Positions 8,823 to 21,371 of a stretch of 64,000 nt of DNA are shown here, piece after piece. Made by a program: the position numbers and the translations under genes. The notes under the pieces are model-generated. The model was given only the letters and a program-made list of their open reading frames with translations, ran no database searches and was not told the origin of the DNA. Position 1 is the first letter of the stretch. Every line of letters begins with the position of its first letter. Origin of the DNA: an uncultured Verrucomicrobiae bacterium (GTDB taxonomy: Bacteria; Verrucomicrobiota; Verrucomicrobiia; Limisphaerales; Palsa-1400); the NCBI GenBank assembly GCA_963702845.1, contig OY969763.1, forward strand, positions 2,304,001 to 2,368,000. The letters are read 5' to 3'.

Positions 8823-11800
8823 TCACCGCATATATAATTCGCATTCCTGGACTAGTTTCGGGCATTTATCAGAAACACCTTTTTGGCCGATATGCGGAAA
8901 ATCGTGCTCGACCCGAAAATCGGTGACACTGCCAGTCTCGGGTAGGATCGATAAAAGTGCTGTCCGCAATGCCGGAATATCCCATTGGCCGTTTCCCAAT
9001 TCATAAATCAGATGTCCTCCGGTTTCGGCGTCGCTGACCTGGAATGTACTATAAAACACATTGGTTGGCTTTGTTGATGCGCAAGTCGCTTGTCAGCAGA
9101 AGGACCGGCTCCGCCACCATTTCAGCGATATCCCCGACATCCCGCCATGGATCTCCGGTATCAACAGCAACGACAACCACGCCTTCGATCGTATTCTCCG
9201 CCGTGCGATAAGGCCGGATTCGGACTGAATAGGTTTTACCTTCGTCATCGAGCGCATTGACCTCTTTCACGTTCAATGTCTCGATCACTTCGGCAGCGAG
9301 CTTGTCGAGGTTTGGCAGTCGCAGGTTAGGATTGATATCAGTGATACGCCGACCAACATCAGCGGGAATCAGATTGAATAATTTTTGCGCCATCGGCGTA
9401 AAACGGCGCAGCGTGAAGTCTGTTCCCAAAATCAATATCGGCATCGCAAAACTTGCGATTAGATTATTCAGGTCATTGTTCACCTGACCCAATTCCGTGT
9501 TACGGTTCTGCAATTCTTCATTGAGCGTGGTTAACTCTTCATTCGTCGACTGCAGTTCTTCCTTGGCCGTTTCGAGTTCCTCGTTGGTGCTCTGCAACTC
9601 TTCGTTGGTGGACTGGATTTCTTCGTTGGCCGAACTCAATTCTTCGTTGGTCGCTTCTTGCTCTTCGATGATCGTTTGCAGCGACTCCTTGGTCTGATTC
9701 AACTCATCGCGCAGGCGCGTCAATTGACGTTCTGAAGCAATGCCGCCCTGACGCGCGCCTTTGGCGCCAGCCTTCTCGGTTTCGCCGAAATGCAGGTCAA
9801 AGAACAAAATTAAAAACAGCCTCTCAGCGTCACCGCCAGATCGCGCCATCGGAACCACTTCGACCGTCACGTCGCGGAAATGACCGTTGTAGCGGATGCG
9901 AATAGCTTCTTTACGGACGGGAACATTCGTGCGCATCGCCTGGCTAAACGCCGTTCGTAAATCCATGACCAACTCGCCGCGAATGATTTTGATGAGGTTG
10001 AAACTCGCGCTGCCGGGAGCTGGATCAAGATATGGCCCGGTCTTACCGCGAAAATGCAACACTTCCATCCGGCTATTCACAATGATACCCGCAGGCATGT
10101 AGCGCGAGAGCACCAATTCATCTGCCTGTTTTTGCAAATCGCTTCGCGGAAGCGGATCCTTGCCGCGCAATGGTCGGTGTCCGACAACCTCCTGTGCCGG
10201 TTCGGAAGGTCTGAAATCCAACTCGGTTCGCTGATACGATTCGCTGCGCGTGTAAATCTTGTTTCGTTTATCGACCGAGGTGAATAAATGGGAATAGGTT
10301 CCAACGCTTTCCGAGGCCCCCAACAAAAGGAATCCACCGCGACGCAACGAATAATGGAAAATGGGCAACACTTTCCGTTGCAGTGTCGGCCCAAAATAAA
10401 TCAGTAAATTACGGCAACTGATCAGGTCTAACTTCGAAAAGGGCGGATCTTCGACAACGTTCTGTTTGGCGAACACGCACATGTCGCGAATGAATTTCCC
10501 AATCTGATAACCACCCTCGACTCGCTGGAAATATCGTCGTAATCGTTCAGGCGAGACATCGGCCACGGCAGCGGCCGAAAACGAACCCTGCCGCGCGCGT
10601 GCGACCATTTGGTCGCTGATGTCGGTGCCGAAAATCTGGACTGCCTTATTGTTCGTTTTACGTCCGAGAAACTCATGCAAACAGATGGCCAGCGAATAAA
10701 CCTCCTCACCGGTCGAGCAGCCAGGCACCCAAATGCGGACGCCGGAATCCGCGGCGCGCTGTTTCATCAATTTTGGAAACACCCGTCGCTTCAGCGCTTG
10801 AAACACCTGGGGATCACGAAAGAAACCAGTCACGTTGATCAGGATTTCCTGAAATAACTTTTCAACTTCCGCGTGGTTGTCCTCGAGAAAGTTCAAATAG
10901 ACCCGTGCCGAAGTCATTTTTTTGAGGACCATTCGACGGGTGATTCTTCGCTTAAGGGTCGTGGGCTTGTAAGCGGAGAAATCGACGCCAGTGACACCGC
11001 GCAAAAGCGCAAACAACCGAGCCAATTCCTCTTCACTCCCCGAAAACACGGGATCTTCTGAACCATCGGCTTTCGCTACTTTGAACTGTTCCGCAATATT
11101 TCGCAGCTCTCTAGCAATGCGTTCTGGAGGCAGAATATAATCCACACAACCGGTCGCAATCGCACTTTGCGGCATTGAAAAGAAACCCGATGATCGTTCA
11201 TCCTGTGCGAAGGTGATGCCGCCTTCGGCTTTAATCTGTCGCAGGCCGATACTGCCGTCATGGCCACTACCCGAAAGGATCACGCCGATGGCGAAGTTGC
11301 CTTGATTGCAGGCGAGGCTATTGAAAAACCGGTCGACCGGCAAATTAAGCTCGCTGCGTTTCCGTGGCGAAAGCACCAATATTCCATCATCAATCACCAC
11401 GTCGCGATCCGGCGGAATAACGTAAAGTGTATCGGCCTCGACGCGCAGGCGATTGGTGATCTGCTTCACCGGCATCTTCGTCGCCGCCTGCAAGAGTTCG
11501 GTCAGTTGACTCTTGTGTGTAGGATCAAGATGAAAAACTGTGACAAACACCATTCCGGTGTCCGACGGCAGCGCGCGGAGCATCTGCGAGAAGGCTTCGA
11601 AGCCGCCCGCCGAAGCCCCAATGCCTACGACAAGAGGAGTCCTTCTGGGCTGTGGAATTTGCTTTGACTGTTTTACTGCTCGCGAACGTTTATGCAAATT
11701 GTCGGCGGTCTTGTGAACGTCATCGGCCTCTTCATGAACCTGGTCTGCTTTGCGATAGACGCGTTCGGCCTGCTTTGCCACATCGTTAGCCTGCGCGCGC

Positions 11801-11949
11801 ATCGCCTCCGCTGCGGCGCGAGCTTTCCTTAAATCGCCAGAAACAGATTCGGAACGCCCCCGAACGACTTTCGGTTTGGCTCGCGGTGAACCGCGTGCTT
11901 TTCGCGATGACTTCTTCTTCGGCATGGCTGGGCTTTTCCAATGGGACAT
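8823..11949 (-). CDS. CheB/CheR fusion protein with coiled coil and PAS domains; frameshift near 9060
   Basis: VGIGASAGG and ILSGSGHDG (CheB); INVTGFFRD, GCSTGEEVYS, ISCRNLLIYF (CheR); EELQSTNEEL repeats. The last PAS continues in another frame (FYSTFQVS...LGNGQWDIPALR, 8823-9059). Confidence 0.9.
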
Positions 11950-12018
11950 TGAGGGAATTGAGCGACTCTGTCAATCAGGCTCAGGCACACGGAGCGTATC
12001 CACCAAACTGGCCCATTT

Positions 12019-12228
12019 TCAGCTTGCATCAATTTTTCTGGCGATCTTGCGAATAGTCTCCGTCTGGTGTTCCAACTTCCGGGCGCGCTCGTTCAGAGTT
12101 TTTTGGGTGCGAAACTGCTTTTTTTGAGAGGATTCCATAGAAATTTTCTTCAAGAAGGAAGAGCGTTCTTCCAACGCTTCTATTCCGCCAGCCGACGTGC
12201 CCAACACAACGATATCACCACCCTTCAT
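12019..12228 (-). pseudogene. Short ORF with only the CheB N-terminal motif plus a coiled-coil tail
   Basis: MKGGDIVVLGTSAGGIEALEE matches the CheB catalytic-Ser motif, but the rest of the domain is missing. Confidence 0.5.
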
Positions 12229-12347
12229 GGATACTCCTCCATCCACACCCTCGCATCGGTCCCATTAAAAACAACGGGGGAAAAGATAGTTTAGAATTGT
12301 GTTCGACGCGAAACCTGGATGGCCAATAATGATGCTTTGCGAGGGTG

Positions 12348-13124
12348 CTACTTCTTCTGATGCGGTGATTGCGAAGGCGGTTTTTCGCCGAGCTTGGCTT
12401 CGAACTTATGCCAACGACTATCCCAATCTGCCCAGCTTGATTCCCATTCCTCACCAGCCAACTTCTGACGAGCCTGCGGCAGCAACTCAAAAAGCTTTTG
12501 CGCCTCAGATTGTGCGGCAATGTCATCATCCAGCTTTATATAGGCCTCCAGCAAATCGAGGTGGTTTTCGGGATACGCAGGAGCGATTTGCACCGCCCGC
12601 ATTAAATGCTGGCGCGCTTTCGAATGGTTCCCAATGCTCGCCGGCCAGCCGGGCGCACTAAGATAAAGCAAGCCCACGTTCCTGTCGGGCCCAGCATAGT
12701 CGAATTCTGAATTCAATTGCTGCGCGCGTAAGAACTCCGTCTCCATTTGGCGGACCAACTTTAGCGCCCCGATTCCTTTTGTTTGCGCGAGCTCCCCCAG
12801 ATTCATCGCCAAATAATAGTGCAATGGCGCGCTATTCTCGTGCGTGGTCAGAGCGTGCTCGCAGGCATCGATTGCTGGTTGAGCCAGACCCGCTCGCTCG
12901 CTGGAGTCAGCGGCGAATTCCGCTCGGTCAAACGATGCGCGTGCGAATTGCCAGGCGACATCTGGATTGTTTGCCTCCGCACGATAACGAAGGAGCGCCG
13001 CACGATAGTTTTTCTCCGCAACAGCAAGGAAGCGATTGTGTTGCGAAACAGTCGGGGCGGCCATGGCACATGAGCAAAGCAGGAACAGACCGAAGCGAAA
13101 AACGAAACGGCGCACTTGGTTCAT
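12348..13124 (-). CDS. Secreted TPR-like helical protein
   Basis: Signal peptide (FRFGLFLLCSCAMA), TPR-like helices, DYAGPDRNVGLLYLSAPGWPASIG motif. Start taken at ATG 13124. Confidence 0.7.
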   Translation of the reverse strand: MNQVRRFVFRFGLFLLCSCAMAAPTVSQHNRFLAVAEKNYRAALLRYRAEANNPDVAWQFARASFDRAEFAADSSERAGLAQPAIDACEHALTTHENSAPLHYYLAMNLGELAQTKGIGALKLVRQMETEFLRAQQLNSEFDYAGPDRNVGLLYLSAPGWPASIGNHSKARQHLMRAVQIAPAYPENHLDLLEAYIKLDDDIAAQSEAQKLFELLPQARQKLAGEEWESSWADWDSRWHKFEAKLGEKPPSQSPHQKK

Positions 13125-13204
13125 GTCAGAATAAAATAACACAGCTTGTGGCCCGGTGAGTGAACCCGATTTACCGAGGGAAGGCAATGAGGATTGAGCG
13201 CCAG

Positions 13205-13585
13205 TCAGTTTGCCGTCAATACGTCACGTACTGTATTCAAAAGCGCGGTCGATTCAAAAGGCTTCTGCAAAAATGCCGCTCCCGGATGAACTTTTGCGCT
13301 GCCGATTGCTCCGGAAAGTGTGTCGCCCGACATATAAATAACACCGAGATCGGAGTGCTTTTGCGTCAATCGGTCGACAACTTCCATCCCTGTCATTCCG
13401 TGCAGATTGATGTCCGTGATAACCAAATGTAGTGGACCGGAATGCGAATCCGCAGCCGCAACGGCCTCGTCACCGTTGTTCGCTTCCAGCACATTGTAAT
13501 CGTCAAATCTAAGGAGGTCTGCCAGCATTCCGCGCAACAATTCTTCGTCTTCCACGAGCAGGATTGTTTTTGTTTCGACACTCAT
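13205..13585 (-). CDS. Single-domain response regulator
   Basis: ILLVEDE, LVITDINL, YMSG, FLQKPF. Confidence 0.92.
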   Translation of the reverse strand: MSVETKTILLVEDEELLRGMLADLLRFDDYNVLEANNGDEAVAAADSHSGPLHLVITDINLHGMTGMEVVDRLTQKHSDLGVIYMSGDTLSGAIGSAKVHPGAAFLQKPFESTALLNTVRDVLTAN

Positions 13586-13598
13586 TCAATGGGTTGTT

Positions 13599-16358
13599 CT
13601 AAGCTGCAGCGGCGATCGCACTTGCTGAATCGCTCAATTCCTTCTTCAAGGCAAGTAACAGCTTCTCTGATGTGACCGGCTTCGCAAAAAAAGGCACTCC
13701 GTAAGACGCCAGTTGTTTTCTTATTTCATCGCTCTGCTGAAGTCCACTAACGGCTATAAATTTCATATCAGGACGAATGTTTTTGAGAGCACGAATCGTT
13801 CTCGGTCCGTCCATGACTGGCATCATCATATCGACGACGGCGATTTTGAACGGCTCAGAATGTTTCTGCACCAACGCCATCGCATCCGCGCCGTTCGCTG
13901 CCGCCATCACACGGTAACCAGACTGTGACAAAACCGCAGCCGTCACCTCCAAGATGCTCGTTTCATCATCGACAATCAGGATCAATTCATTATTGCCTCG
14001 CAACTGCTTGAGCGAAGTCGTCGCCGAAACCGAGAGCGCCGGAGCTGCCACCGCCGGGAAATAAATTCTAAATATCGTCCCGCTTCCAACGTCGCTGATG
14101 AGTTCGAGAAAACCTCCATGCCCCTTGATGATGCTGATGACCGTCGAAAGCCCCAACCCTGTGCCTTTGCCAACTTCTTTCGTCGTAAAGAATGGCTCAA
14201 AAATTTTGTCCTGCAGTTCCGATGGAATTCCCATGCCGGTATCCGAGACGCTCAAGACCAAGTACCTGCCCGACTTCGCTCCGACTATTTTCTTCGCCAA
14301 AGACTCATCCAGGGTCACGTTCGTAACCTCCGCGGTAATCTTGCCGCCTTCCGGCATGGCATCCCGCGCATTCACGCACAGGTTGAGTAGAATTTGATGA
14401 ATTTGCGTCGCGTCACCGCGAATCATCGCAGCGTCAGGAGCAATCCGAGTCTCCATGGTGATCGACTTTGGAAATGTCTCATGCGCGATCTTTTGCATTT
14501 CCTTAACGATATGCGTCATCTGCATGGGCGTGCGTTCGCCTTCAAGACCGCGTGCAAACGTCAAAACCTGCTTCACCATATCCGCGCCGCGACTTGCACT
14601 GCTCGACATCGTGCGCAATAGTTTCAGTCGTTTCTCGTCCTTCTCCACTTTCAGTAACAACTCCGTGCCCATCACAATCGGTGATAGAACGTTGTTCAAA
14701 TCGTGTGCGATTCCACCGGCCAATGTGCCGATGCTTTCCATCCGTTGCGCGCGCAAGAATTGCGATTCGAGCTTTTTCTTTTCGGTAATGTCCGTATTGA
14801 TCACGAGGATCGATTTTGGCGCACCAGCATCATCACGCACCAGAGTCCAACGGCTTTGCACGACGAGCGCCGCGCCGCCATTGGATTTGGATTTCTGCTT
14901 AAGCTCGCCGATCCATTCACCGTGTTGCAGCGTTTCCGTTTTCGCCGTCTCCATTGTTTCCACAGTGCCGGATGCGAGTAAGTCCGCGACGTTCTTGTCA
15001 ATGGCATCACTCGTCGACAATCCATAGAGTCGCTCAGCGCTCTTGTTCCAGTAAGTCACGCGCCAGGCAAGATCATGCACCAGAATTGCGTCCTGCGCTT
15101 TATCGAGCAACGATGCCTGTTCACGAATACGCTCATGCGCAACCCGTCGTTCCTCTTCCATTTGCAGCCGGTGCGTGTACCACTCCAGCGACTTAAAAAC
15201 CACGCACCACAGCAACGCCACTGGAAGTTGAAATGCGATCACAACCAACCATGGAAACCAGACACCGCACGCAAACAATCCGATCGAAAACAACAGGAAC
15301 ACCAGTGCGCCCAGAATTGCCACGCACGTCGCCGCGAACGGCCGGAACCTAAACAAGAAAACCCCAAAGAACAGCGCGCACGCCACAAGCACGGTCGCTT
15401 CGACCATCGGAGGCAGTCGTCTCAAACTATCACCGCGGATCAGGTTCAACGTTTCAGTGGCATGAACTTCCACCGCCGGCATGAACACCGACTTATCACC
15501 CCAACCCCAGTGGTTATAAGGATTTCGCAGTTCATCGCGTCGTTCGATATGCGTCGTCGTTATCGGACGCGCGCCGACGTAAACAATTTTGTCATGAAAA
15601 GCCCCGCGGGGAACGCCGTTCGGATAAAACAATCTCGCGTAGCTGTAATGCGGCATTGTGCCGGCAGCTCCGTAATAGTGAACCCATCGTTCTTTGGCAA
15701 ATTCCTTCGGTTCCTTGGCGACCGGAAGCTGCAACACACGCGCTGTCGCCCAACTCAGACTCGGTATATTTTGACTGGGAAATCCGGAAATATGGCGGCG
15801 GACCATGAAGTCCTCATCCTGTTCCATGTCGAGCGATTCCAACCCTACCCCTGCACTAGCGTTTAAAAATCGGTCAATCGGCATCGTCGTCGCGTACATC
15901 CCCGTCGATCCTTCCCCGGTCGATGAACCCGAATAACTGTAATCCGCTGCTAAAACCACTTTGCCATTGCGCCGGATAGCCTGTTCGAATTCCGCATCGG
16001 CTTTCGACTTTGATCCAGGATCGCTAAAGACAACGTCGAAAACGACCGCCAATGCGCCGTCCTCTTTCAGGTAGTTGAGCAACTTGGCGTGAATCGACCG
16101 GTCCCACGGCTTGTTTAATTGTTGGTCCAGCGACTTATACGAATCCTCATCGACGTAAATGATCACCACTGGAGAGTTCCGCGTGTCGGGCTGCAGGTAT
16201 GAAGAAAGCTCGAACGACCAATCATAGCTGCTTTCGCTAACCGCGTTGCTTAAACTGGTCGTGGAGAACAGGCACAACAATCCGATCATGAGCACGAGAA
16301 ATGTACCCACGACAGCACCGACCGTCGGGCTCGCCCAATTTACGCGAAAATTCTTCAC
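13599..16358 (-). CDS. Hybrid sensor kinase CHASE2-PAS-HisKA-HATPase-REC
   Basis: [11 protein letters not shown] and [10 protein letters not shown] (CHASE2), TM helices, [31 protein letters not shown]-terminal receiver. Confidence 0.93.
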   Translation of the reverse strand: MKNFRVNWASPTVGAVVGTFLVLMIGLLCLFSTTSLSNAVSESSYDWSFELSSYLQPDTRNSPVVIIYVDEDSYKSLDQQLNKPWDRSIHAKLLNYLKEDGALAVVFDVVFSDPGSKSKADAEFEQAIRRNGKVVLAADYSYSGSSTGEGSTGMYATTMPIDRFLNASAGVGLESLDMEQDEDFMVRRHISGFPSQNIPSLSWATARVLQLPVAKEPKEFAKERWVHYYGAAGTMPHYSYARLFYPNGVPRGAFHDKIVYVGARPITTTHIERRDELRNPYNHWGWGDKSVFMPAVEVHATETLNLIRGDSLRRLPPMVEATVLVACALFFGVFLFRFRPFAATCVAILGALVFLLFSIGLFACGVWFPWLVVIAFQLPVALLWCVVFKSLEWYTHRLQMEEERRVAHERIREQASLLDKAQDAILVHDLAWRVTYWNKSAERLYGLSTSDAIDKNVADLLASGTVETMETAKTETLQHGEWIGELKQKSKSNGGAALVVQSRWTLVRDDAGAPKSILVINTDITEKKKLESQFLRAQRMESIGTLAGGIAHDLNNVLSPIVMGTELLLKVEKDEKRLKLLRTMSSSASRGADMVKQVLTFARGLEGERTPMQMTHIVKEMQKIAHETFPKSITMETRIAPDAAMIRGDATQIHQILLNLCVNARDAMPEGGKITAEVTNVTLDESLAKKIVGAKSGRYLVLSVSDTGMGIPSELQDKIFEPFFTTKEVGKGTGLGLSTVISIIKGHGGFLELISDVGSGTIFRIYFPAVAAPALSVSATTSLKQLRGNNELILIVDDETSILEVTAAVLSQSGYRVMAAANGADAMALVQKHSEPFKIAVVDMMMPVMDGPRTIRALKNIRPDMKFIAVSGLQQSDEIRKQLASYGVPFFAKPVTSEKLLLALKKELSDSASAIAAAA

Positions 16359-16724
16359 GCTGTACTTTCGGTCAGAATTTCATCCGCACGCTCGCCATCA
16401 AGGTGCGTTCACGCGGCATTTCAGAATACAGTTTTAACGAGTTCAATTTGTAATCGCGATTGGTAATATTCAGCAACCTACCCGAACCTCAGCTAAACGA
16501 CGATAAAATGATGCATCGCTGCGCCGAGACGCGGGATTGTGTTTCTCATAAACACAAGACGATTTGAAGAGCATTTCTGTTGCCATTCGCGTATCGATGA
16601 ATTTAACGCAAGCCCCTCACTGTCAAACGCAGACTACAAATATTTGACATTGGAGAGCAAACCATGTGGCATTGATGAAACTAAGCGGGACGCGTGCAAT
16701 CCGTCCCTTCGAATCGAATAATTT

Positions 16725-17747
16725 ATGAAGAAATACAATGTCGGGATTATCGGCTATGGCTGGGTCGCGACCGCCCACATCGCCGCCATCAATGCCAGCC
16801 CATACGCCCAGGTCACCGCCGTCTATTCCTCGCGCAAGCTCGATAATGCCGAACTCAGTGCCAAACACGGCAGCGACATTACTACTTACACCGATGTCAA
16901 AGAGATGCTGAAGCATCCCGGCATTAACGTCGTTTCTATTTGCAGTTATCCTTACCAGCACACCGGACATGCTGTTGCCGCCGCCCAGGCAGGCAAACAC
17001 ATCATTCTCGAAAAACCGTTGGCTCTTTCCTGGAAGGATTGCCAAAAAATCGAAGCCGCCGTCAAAAAAGCCAAGGTCAAAACCTGCGTCTGCTTTGAAT
17101 GCCGTTACTCCAACCAATTCCAGGCAACGAAAGCCGTCATTGACCAGGGCCTCCTTGGTGATCTTCACTATGGCGAGATCGATTATTATCATGGCATTGG
17201 ACCGTGGTATGGCCAATTTCGCTGGAACACCCGCAAGGACGCTGGCGGCAGCTCGCTTCTCACCGCCGGCTGCCACGCCCTGGATGCGCTCTTGATGTGC
17301 ATGGGCTCAGACGTCACCGAAGTCACCAGCTACGATACCAAATCGAAAAGTAAAATCTTCGAGGCGTACGAATACACGACCTCAAGTGTCACAATTCTCA
17401 AATTCAAGGGTGGCCGAATCGGCAAATGCGCCGCTATCGTCGATTGCCTGCAACCATATTATTTCCACACACACCTCGTCGGAAGCGAAGGAAGTTTATT
17501 AGACAACAAGTTTCACTCCATGAAACTGCACACCAATAAACACGCCTGGAGTAACCTTGCCATGAAGATGCTCGACTCTGGCGATGTTTCCGATCATCCG
17601 TACCAGGCTCAGTTCGACAAGTTTTTCGAATCCATCAATGCCGGAGTTGACATGCCGCTCACAAGTTTGAAAGACGCGATGCGTTCCCATGAAGTTATCT
17701 TCGCCGCTGACAAATCCGCCGCCACCGGAAAATCCGTCCGATTGTGA
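16725..17747 (+). CDS. Gfo/Idh/MocA family oxidoreductase
   Basis: VGIIGYG, AGKHIILEKPLA, GGSSLLTAGCHALD. Confidence 0.92.
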   Translation: MKKYNVGIIGYGWVATAHIAAINASPYAQVTAVYSSRKLDNAELSAKHGSDITTYTDVKEMLKHPGINVVSICSYPYQHTGHAVAAAQAGKHIILEKPLALSWKDCQKIEAAVKKAKVKTCVCFECRYSNQFQATKAVIDQGLLGDLHYGEIDYYHGIGPWYGQFRWNTRKDAGGSSLLTAGCHALDALLMCMGSDVTEVTSYDTKSKSKIFEAYEYTTSSVTILKFKGGRIGKCAAIVDCLQPYYFHTHLVGSEGSLLDNKFHSMKLHTNKHAWSNLAMKMLDSGDVSDHPYQAQFDKFFESINAGVDMPLTSLKDAMRSHEVIFAADKSAATGKSVRL

Positions 17748-18535
17748 GTAAGACAGCAATCGCCATCGGCGCCCACCCCGACGACATCGAGTTCATGATG
17801 GCGGGGACGTTGCTCCTGCTCAAAAAAGCAGGATACGAGATCCATTACATGAACCTCGCCAACGGAAGTTGCGGCAGCGTTCAATACGGCCCAGCGCAGT
17901 TAAAAAAGATGCGCCTCGGGGAAGCCAAAGCGGCCGCAAGAATTCTCGGGGCACACTTTCACGCACCGCTCGTCAACGATTTGGAAGTCTTCTACGATCT
18001 GAAAACCTTACGTCGCCTCGCCGCCGTCATTCGCGATGTCAAACCGTCAGTCGTCCTCACGCACTCGCCTGCCGACTACATGGAAGACCACACCAACACC
18101 TGTCGGCTCGCGGTCAGCGCTGCTTTTACTCATGGAATGCCCAACTTCCATTCCACCCCGGATCGCCCAACCGCCGATTACGAGGTCACTGTTTATCACG
18201 GTTTGCCGCACAGTCTGACCGACGGCCTGCGCAAAAAACTTATTCCCGGCATTTTCATCAACACCGCCAGTGTTCACGCGACAAAACTGGAATCCTTGCG
18301 AGCGCACAAAAGCCAACAACACTGGCTCGACGCGAGTCAGAAGATGAATTCGTATCTGCAAACCTTGGAAGATATCTCTCTGGAAATCGGCCGGCGCTCT
18401 AAAAAATTCAAACACGCCGAAGGCTGGCGGCGCCATTTGCATTACGGCTTCTGCGCCCCCGACGCCGACCCGTTGCGCGGCCTCGGTTCAAATTACCTTC
18501 TCAACGCCAAATACGAAAAGAGTCTGGAACTTTGA
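17744..18535 (+). CDS. PIG-L/LmbE family deacetylase
   Basis: AHPDDIE and [11 protein letters not shown] metal-binding motifs. Confidence 0.92.
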   Translation: MSKTAIAIGAHPDDIEFMMAGTLLLLKKAGYEIHYMNLANGSCGSVQYGPAQLKKMRLGEAKAAARILGAHFHAPLVNDLEVFYDLKTLRRLAAVIRDVKPSVVLTHSPADYMEDHTNTCRLAVSAAFTHGMPNFHSTPDRPTADYEVTVYHGLPHSLTDGLRKKLIPGIFINTASVHATKLESLRAHKSQQHWLDASQKMNSYLQTLEDISLEIGRRSKKFKHAEGWRRHLHYGFCAPDADPLRGLGSNYLLNAKYEKSLEL

Positions 18536-18560
18536 AATTCTAGCTTCTAACTTCTATCTT

Positions 18561-19490
18561 ATGCCCAGAAAAATCAGCTCCATCGCTCCGGCCTGGTGGG
18601 ATTACACCACCCTCGACGACGCCATCATCAAAGAAGCCGCACGCCTCACGCCTGAAAAAATGCTCAAGCTTTCGCGGCCCGGCTTTAAAGTCGTATTCTA
18701 CGATACGCTCGAAGATTTTTACCTCGCCGAAGCGCTTGAATATATCAGTGCCTGGAAACAATCCACACCCGACAATCCGGTCGGAATTTGTGGTCCGATC
18801 GGCCCGACCGAACAACTCCCGCTTGTGGCACGAATCGTCAACGACCTCGGCCTGTCTATCAAATCCGCGCATTTCTGGGGCATGGACGAATGGTGTCTTA
18901 ACGGCAAAGAAGCCGCGCCGACTCATCCGCTGTCATTCGAAAAAGCCGACCGCGAAATGTGCTTCAGTCGAATCCGTCGCGACCTCGTCATGTCGGACAA
19001 AAATTTGCATTTCCCAAAAGCCAACAGCAAAGATTACCGTGCCAGTTGGGACAACGTTCGTTGCGCCGTCATGCAAGGTGGCCAGGGCGACATCAAACAC
19101 TGGGCCTTCAATGATCCACCGAAGCGCGAGGGCAAATTCAAAAATCAACCGCCCAGCCCTGGCGAATACCGCAAACTAACCACGCGGGTGGTTGACCTCC
19201 ATCCGATCACTATCGCGCAAAACGCGCGCACCTCCGGCGGCGGTAACATCACACTCGTGCCGACCCAGGCGATCACCGTCGGTCCTGACGAAACCTGGAA
19301 AGCCGAAAAAGTTTCCATCTGGCACGCCGGCAAACACGACAACCCTTTCGGCCAACGCCTTACGACGTTGATGATCGCGAAGCGAATTCCAGACTCAAGT
19401 GTCCCAATGTCGCTGCTCGCCGATCATCCGAACGTCCAGTTCAATTTTTACCGCCCGGGCATCGGCACCTGCGACGTCGAGATGCATTAA
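18561..19490 (+). CDS. Glucosamine-6-phosphate isomerase/deaminase-like (divergent NagB fold)
   Basis: [51 protein letters not shown]. Confidence 0.75.
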   Translation: MPRKISSIAPAWWDYTTLDDAIIKEAARLTPEKMLKLSRPGFKVVFYDTLEDFYLAEALEYISAWKQSTPDNPVGICGPIGPTEQLPLVARIVNDLGLSIKSAHFWGMDEWCLNGKEAAPTHPLSFEKADREMCFSRIRRDLVMSDKNLHFPKANSKDYRASWDNVRCAVMQGGQGDIKHWAFNDPPKREGKFKNQPPSPGEYRKLTTRVVDLHPITIAQNARTSGGGNITLVPTQAITVGPDETWKAEKVSIWHAGKHDNPFGQRLTTLMIAKRIPDSSVPMSLLADHPNVQFNFYRPGIGTCDVEMH

Positions 19491-19557
19491 GCTAAGACGC
19501 ACCGCTTTAACTTGGCTGTAGAGTCTTGCGTGATTACAATCACGTGAAACTCAACCC

Positions 19558-20661
19558 GTGCGCTACTCCCCCCAACTCGACGGCCTTCGGGGCACCGCAA
19601 TTTTGTGCGTGCTCACTGGCCATCTTTTCGAGTCACACTTTCGCGGCGCGTGGGTCGGTGTTGACATATTTTTCGTCCTGAGCGGATTCCTCATCACCAA
19701 CATCCTTGTTGCCGAACACGAATCCACCGGCACGATTTCGCTGAAGAATTTCTACGGTCGGCGCGCACTTCGCCTGCTCCCTGCCCTCATTATCGGCATC
19801 ATCTTAACAGGTCTGCTGAGCCTTGTGGGCGCAACGCCCTTCCACACGGTAAACGCGTTTGCGAGTGCCGCCATTCCTTCGCTGTTTTACTACTCAAACT
19901 TCAGCAACGCTGACATGGGGACCTTCATTCATACGTGGTCGCTTTCGGTTGAAGAACAATTCTATTTGATATGGCCAATCATCGTTGGCGTGGTGTTGCT
20001 CAAATTGAAACCGCGCAATCGCATCGCTCTCATCATCATTTTAATGGTCGCGTTCGCCGCGATTCGCTTTGACCTCGAATTCCAACGTATCCGCTGGTGG
20101 AATCTCTACACCTGGTTCTACACCCGTGCCGACGTCCTCATGGCCGGCGCACTCGTCGCCTGCACCACAGCCGCATGGCCGGAAAAAATCAATTCCGCGC
20201 TGCGCAGATTCAAACCGTTCGCGCTCGTCGCAATACCATTCGTCGCTTACGTCTTTTACTCCACCTTCGCCGATCACCGCTGGCTTTATCGTTGGGGCCT
20301 GAGTGCCGTTGCGCTCTCCTGCGCGATTATTACCTTCGTCGCGCAATTCGACAGCAGCGGTTTACTCGCGCGGATCCTGCGCAGCAAATTCCTGGTCTGG
20401 TTCGGTAAACATTCCTACGGCATCTACGTCTACCATATGCAAATTTTCTGGATGTTCCGGCACGTCATCATTTTCCCGGAGACAAAACTCGGCCTTATCG
20501 CCGCAACCCTCACTAAAGTCACCGTCGCATTAACCTTAAGCTGGGCTTCGTATCGCTGGATCGAATCCCCACTCCTGCGTCTGAAAGACAAGTGGTTCGC
20601 GATGAAGCCGGCGCCAGCTCGGCTACACCCCACGCCCGCTGCAGTAGTGCCTAACTTCTAG
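19558..20661 (+). CDS. Acyltransferase family 3 (OafA-like)
   Basis: LDGLRG, GVDIFFVLSGFLIT, RRALRLLP, HTWSLSVEEQFY, SYGIYVYH. Confidence 0.93.
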   Translation: MRYSPQLDGLRGTAILCVLTGHLFESHFRGAWVGVDIFFVLSGFLITNILVAEHESTGTISLKNFYGRRALRLLPALIIGIILTGLLSLVGATPFHTVNAFASAAIPSLFYYSNFSNADMGTFIHTWSLSVEEQFYLIWPIIVGVVLLKLKPRNRIALIIILMVAFAAIRFDLEFQRIRWWNLYTWFYTRADVLMAGALVACTTAAWPEKINSALRRFKPFALVAIPFVAYVFYSTFADHRWLYRWGLSAVALSCAIITFVAQFDSSGLLARILRSKFLVWFGKHSYGIYVYHMQIFWMFRHVIIFPETKLGLIAATLTKVTVALTLSWASYRWIESPLLRLKDKWFAMKPAPARLHPTPAAVVPNF

Positions 20662-21371
20662 CTCCTGCGTTTCCGCGCCAGCACCTGATACTGGGCTCCT
20701 ATTGGCAGCCGCGACAGCGTCGGTTCCAAACCACGAAACCAACTCAGCGCACGTGGAAAAACAAAAAGGAAATCCGTTCGCAAAATCTCAAATCCACCCG
20801 CACGCAACAACCCCCGCGCTTCTGGCGCACTCGCCATGATTGCATCGCGATCAAACGGAATCCGGCTCATCACATAACGCGTGCCGGGGTTCCACGGATT
20901 ATTTTCCCAAAATGCAAAATACCCACCGGGCCGCACCGCGTCATAGATGCACTCAACTGCACCCGCACGTTCGTAGGGCGGAATGTGATGAAACACCCCG
21001 TTGCAAAACGCCAAATCAAAACTCGCCTTGGGCTTAAATTCCCGCAGCACTTCAAAACTCACCGCGTTCGATCCAAACCGCTTCTCCGCTAGCGCAACCG
21101 ACTGCTCCGAAATATCCACGCCAGTGATTGCGCCAGGTTTCAGGACCTCGCACAAATGCGGCGTAGCCGAACCCGTCCCGCACCCAAAATCCAAAACACT
21201 CCGCGCCTCAAACGAAACACTCTTCAGACACCGCGCCAACCACTCCACCCGACCACGCGCAAAAAAATCCTTATCCTCACCCGACACCGAGATACCTTGC
21301 GCCAAAGCCTCATCATAGTTCTTCGCATAGCGATCGAACTCGTTCCTGGCGGATGGAGGTGTTTCTGGCAC
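20658..21371 (-). CDS. Class I SAM-dependent methyltransferase
   Basis: VLDFGCGTG, GVDIS, GVFHHIP, ENNPWNP. Probable GTG start at 21371. Confidence 0.88.
   Translation of the reverse strand: MPETPPSARNEFDRYAKNYDEALAQGISVSGEDKDFFARGRVEWLARCLKSVSFEARSVLDFGCGTGSATPHLCEVLKPGAITGVDISEQSVALAEKRFGSNAVSFEVLREFKPKASFDLAFCNGVFHHIPPYERAGAVECIYDAVRPGGYFAFWENNPWNPGTRYVMSRIPFDRDAIMASAPEARGLLRAGGFEILRTDFLFVFPRALSWFRGLEPTLSRLPIGAQYQVLARKRRS

Noticed and set aside
9500..9660. 21-bp periodicity inside cheB/cheR
   Set aside because: Explained by the well-known EELQSTN heptad coiled coil.
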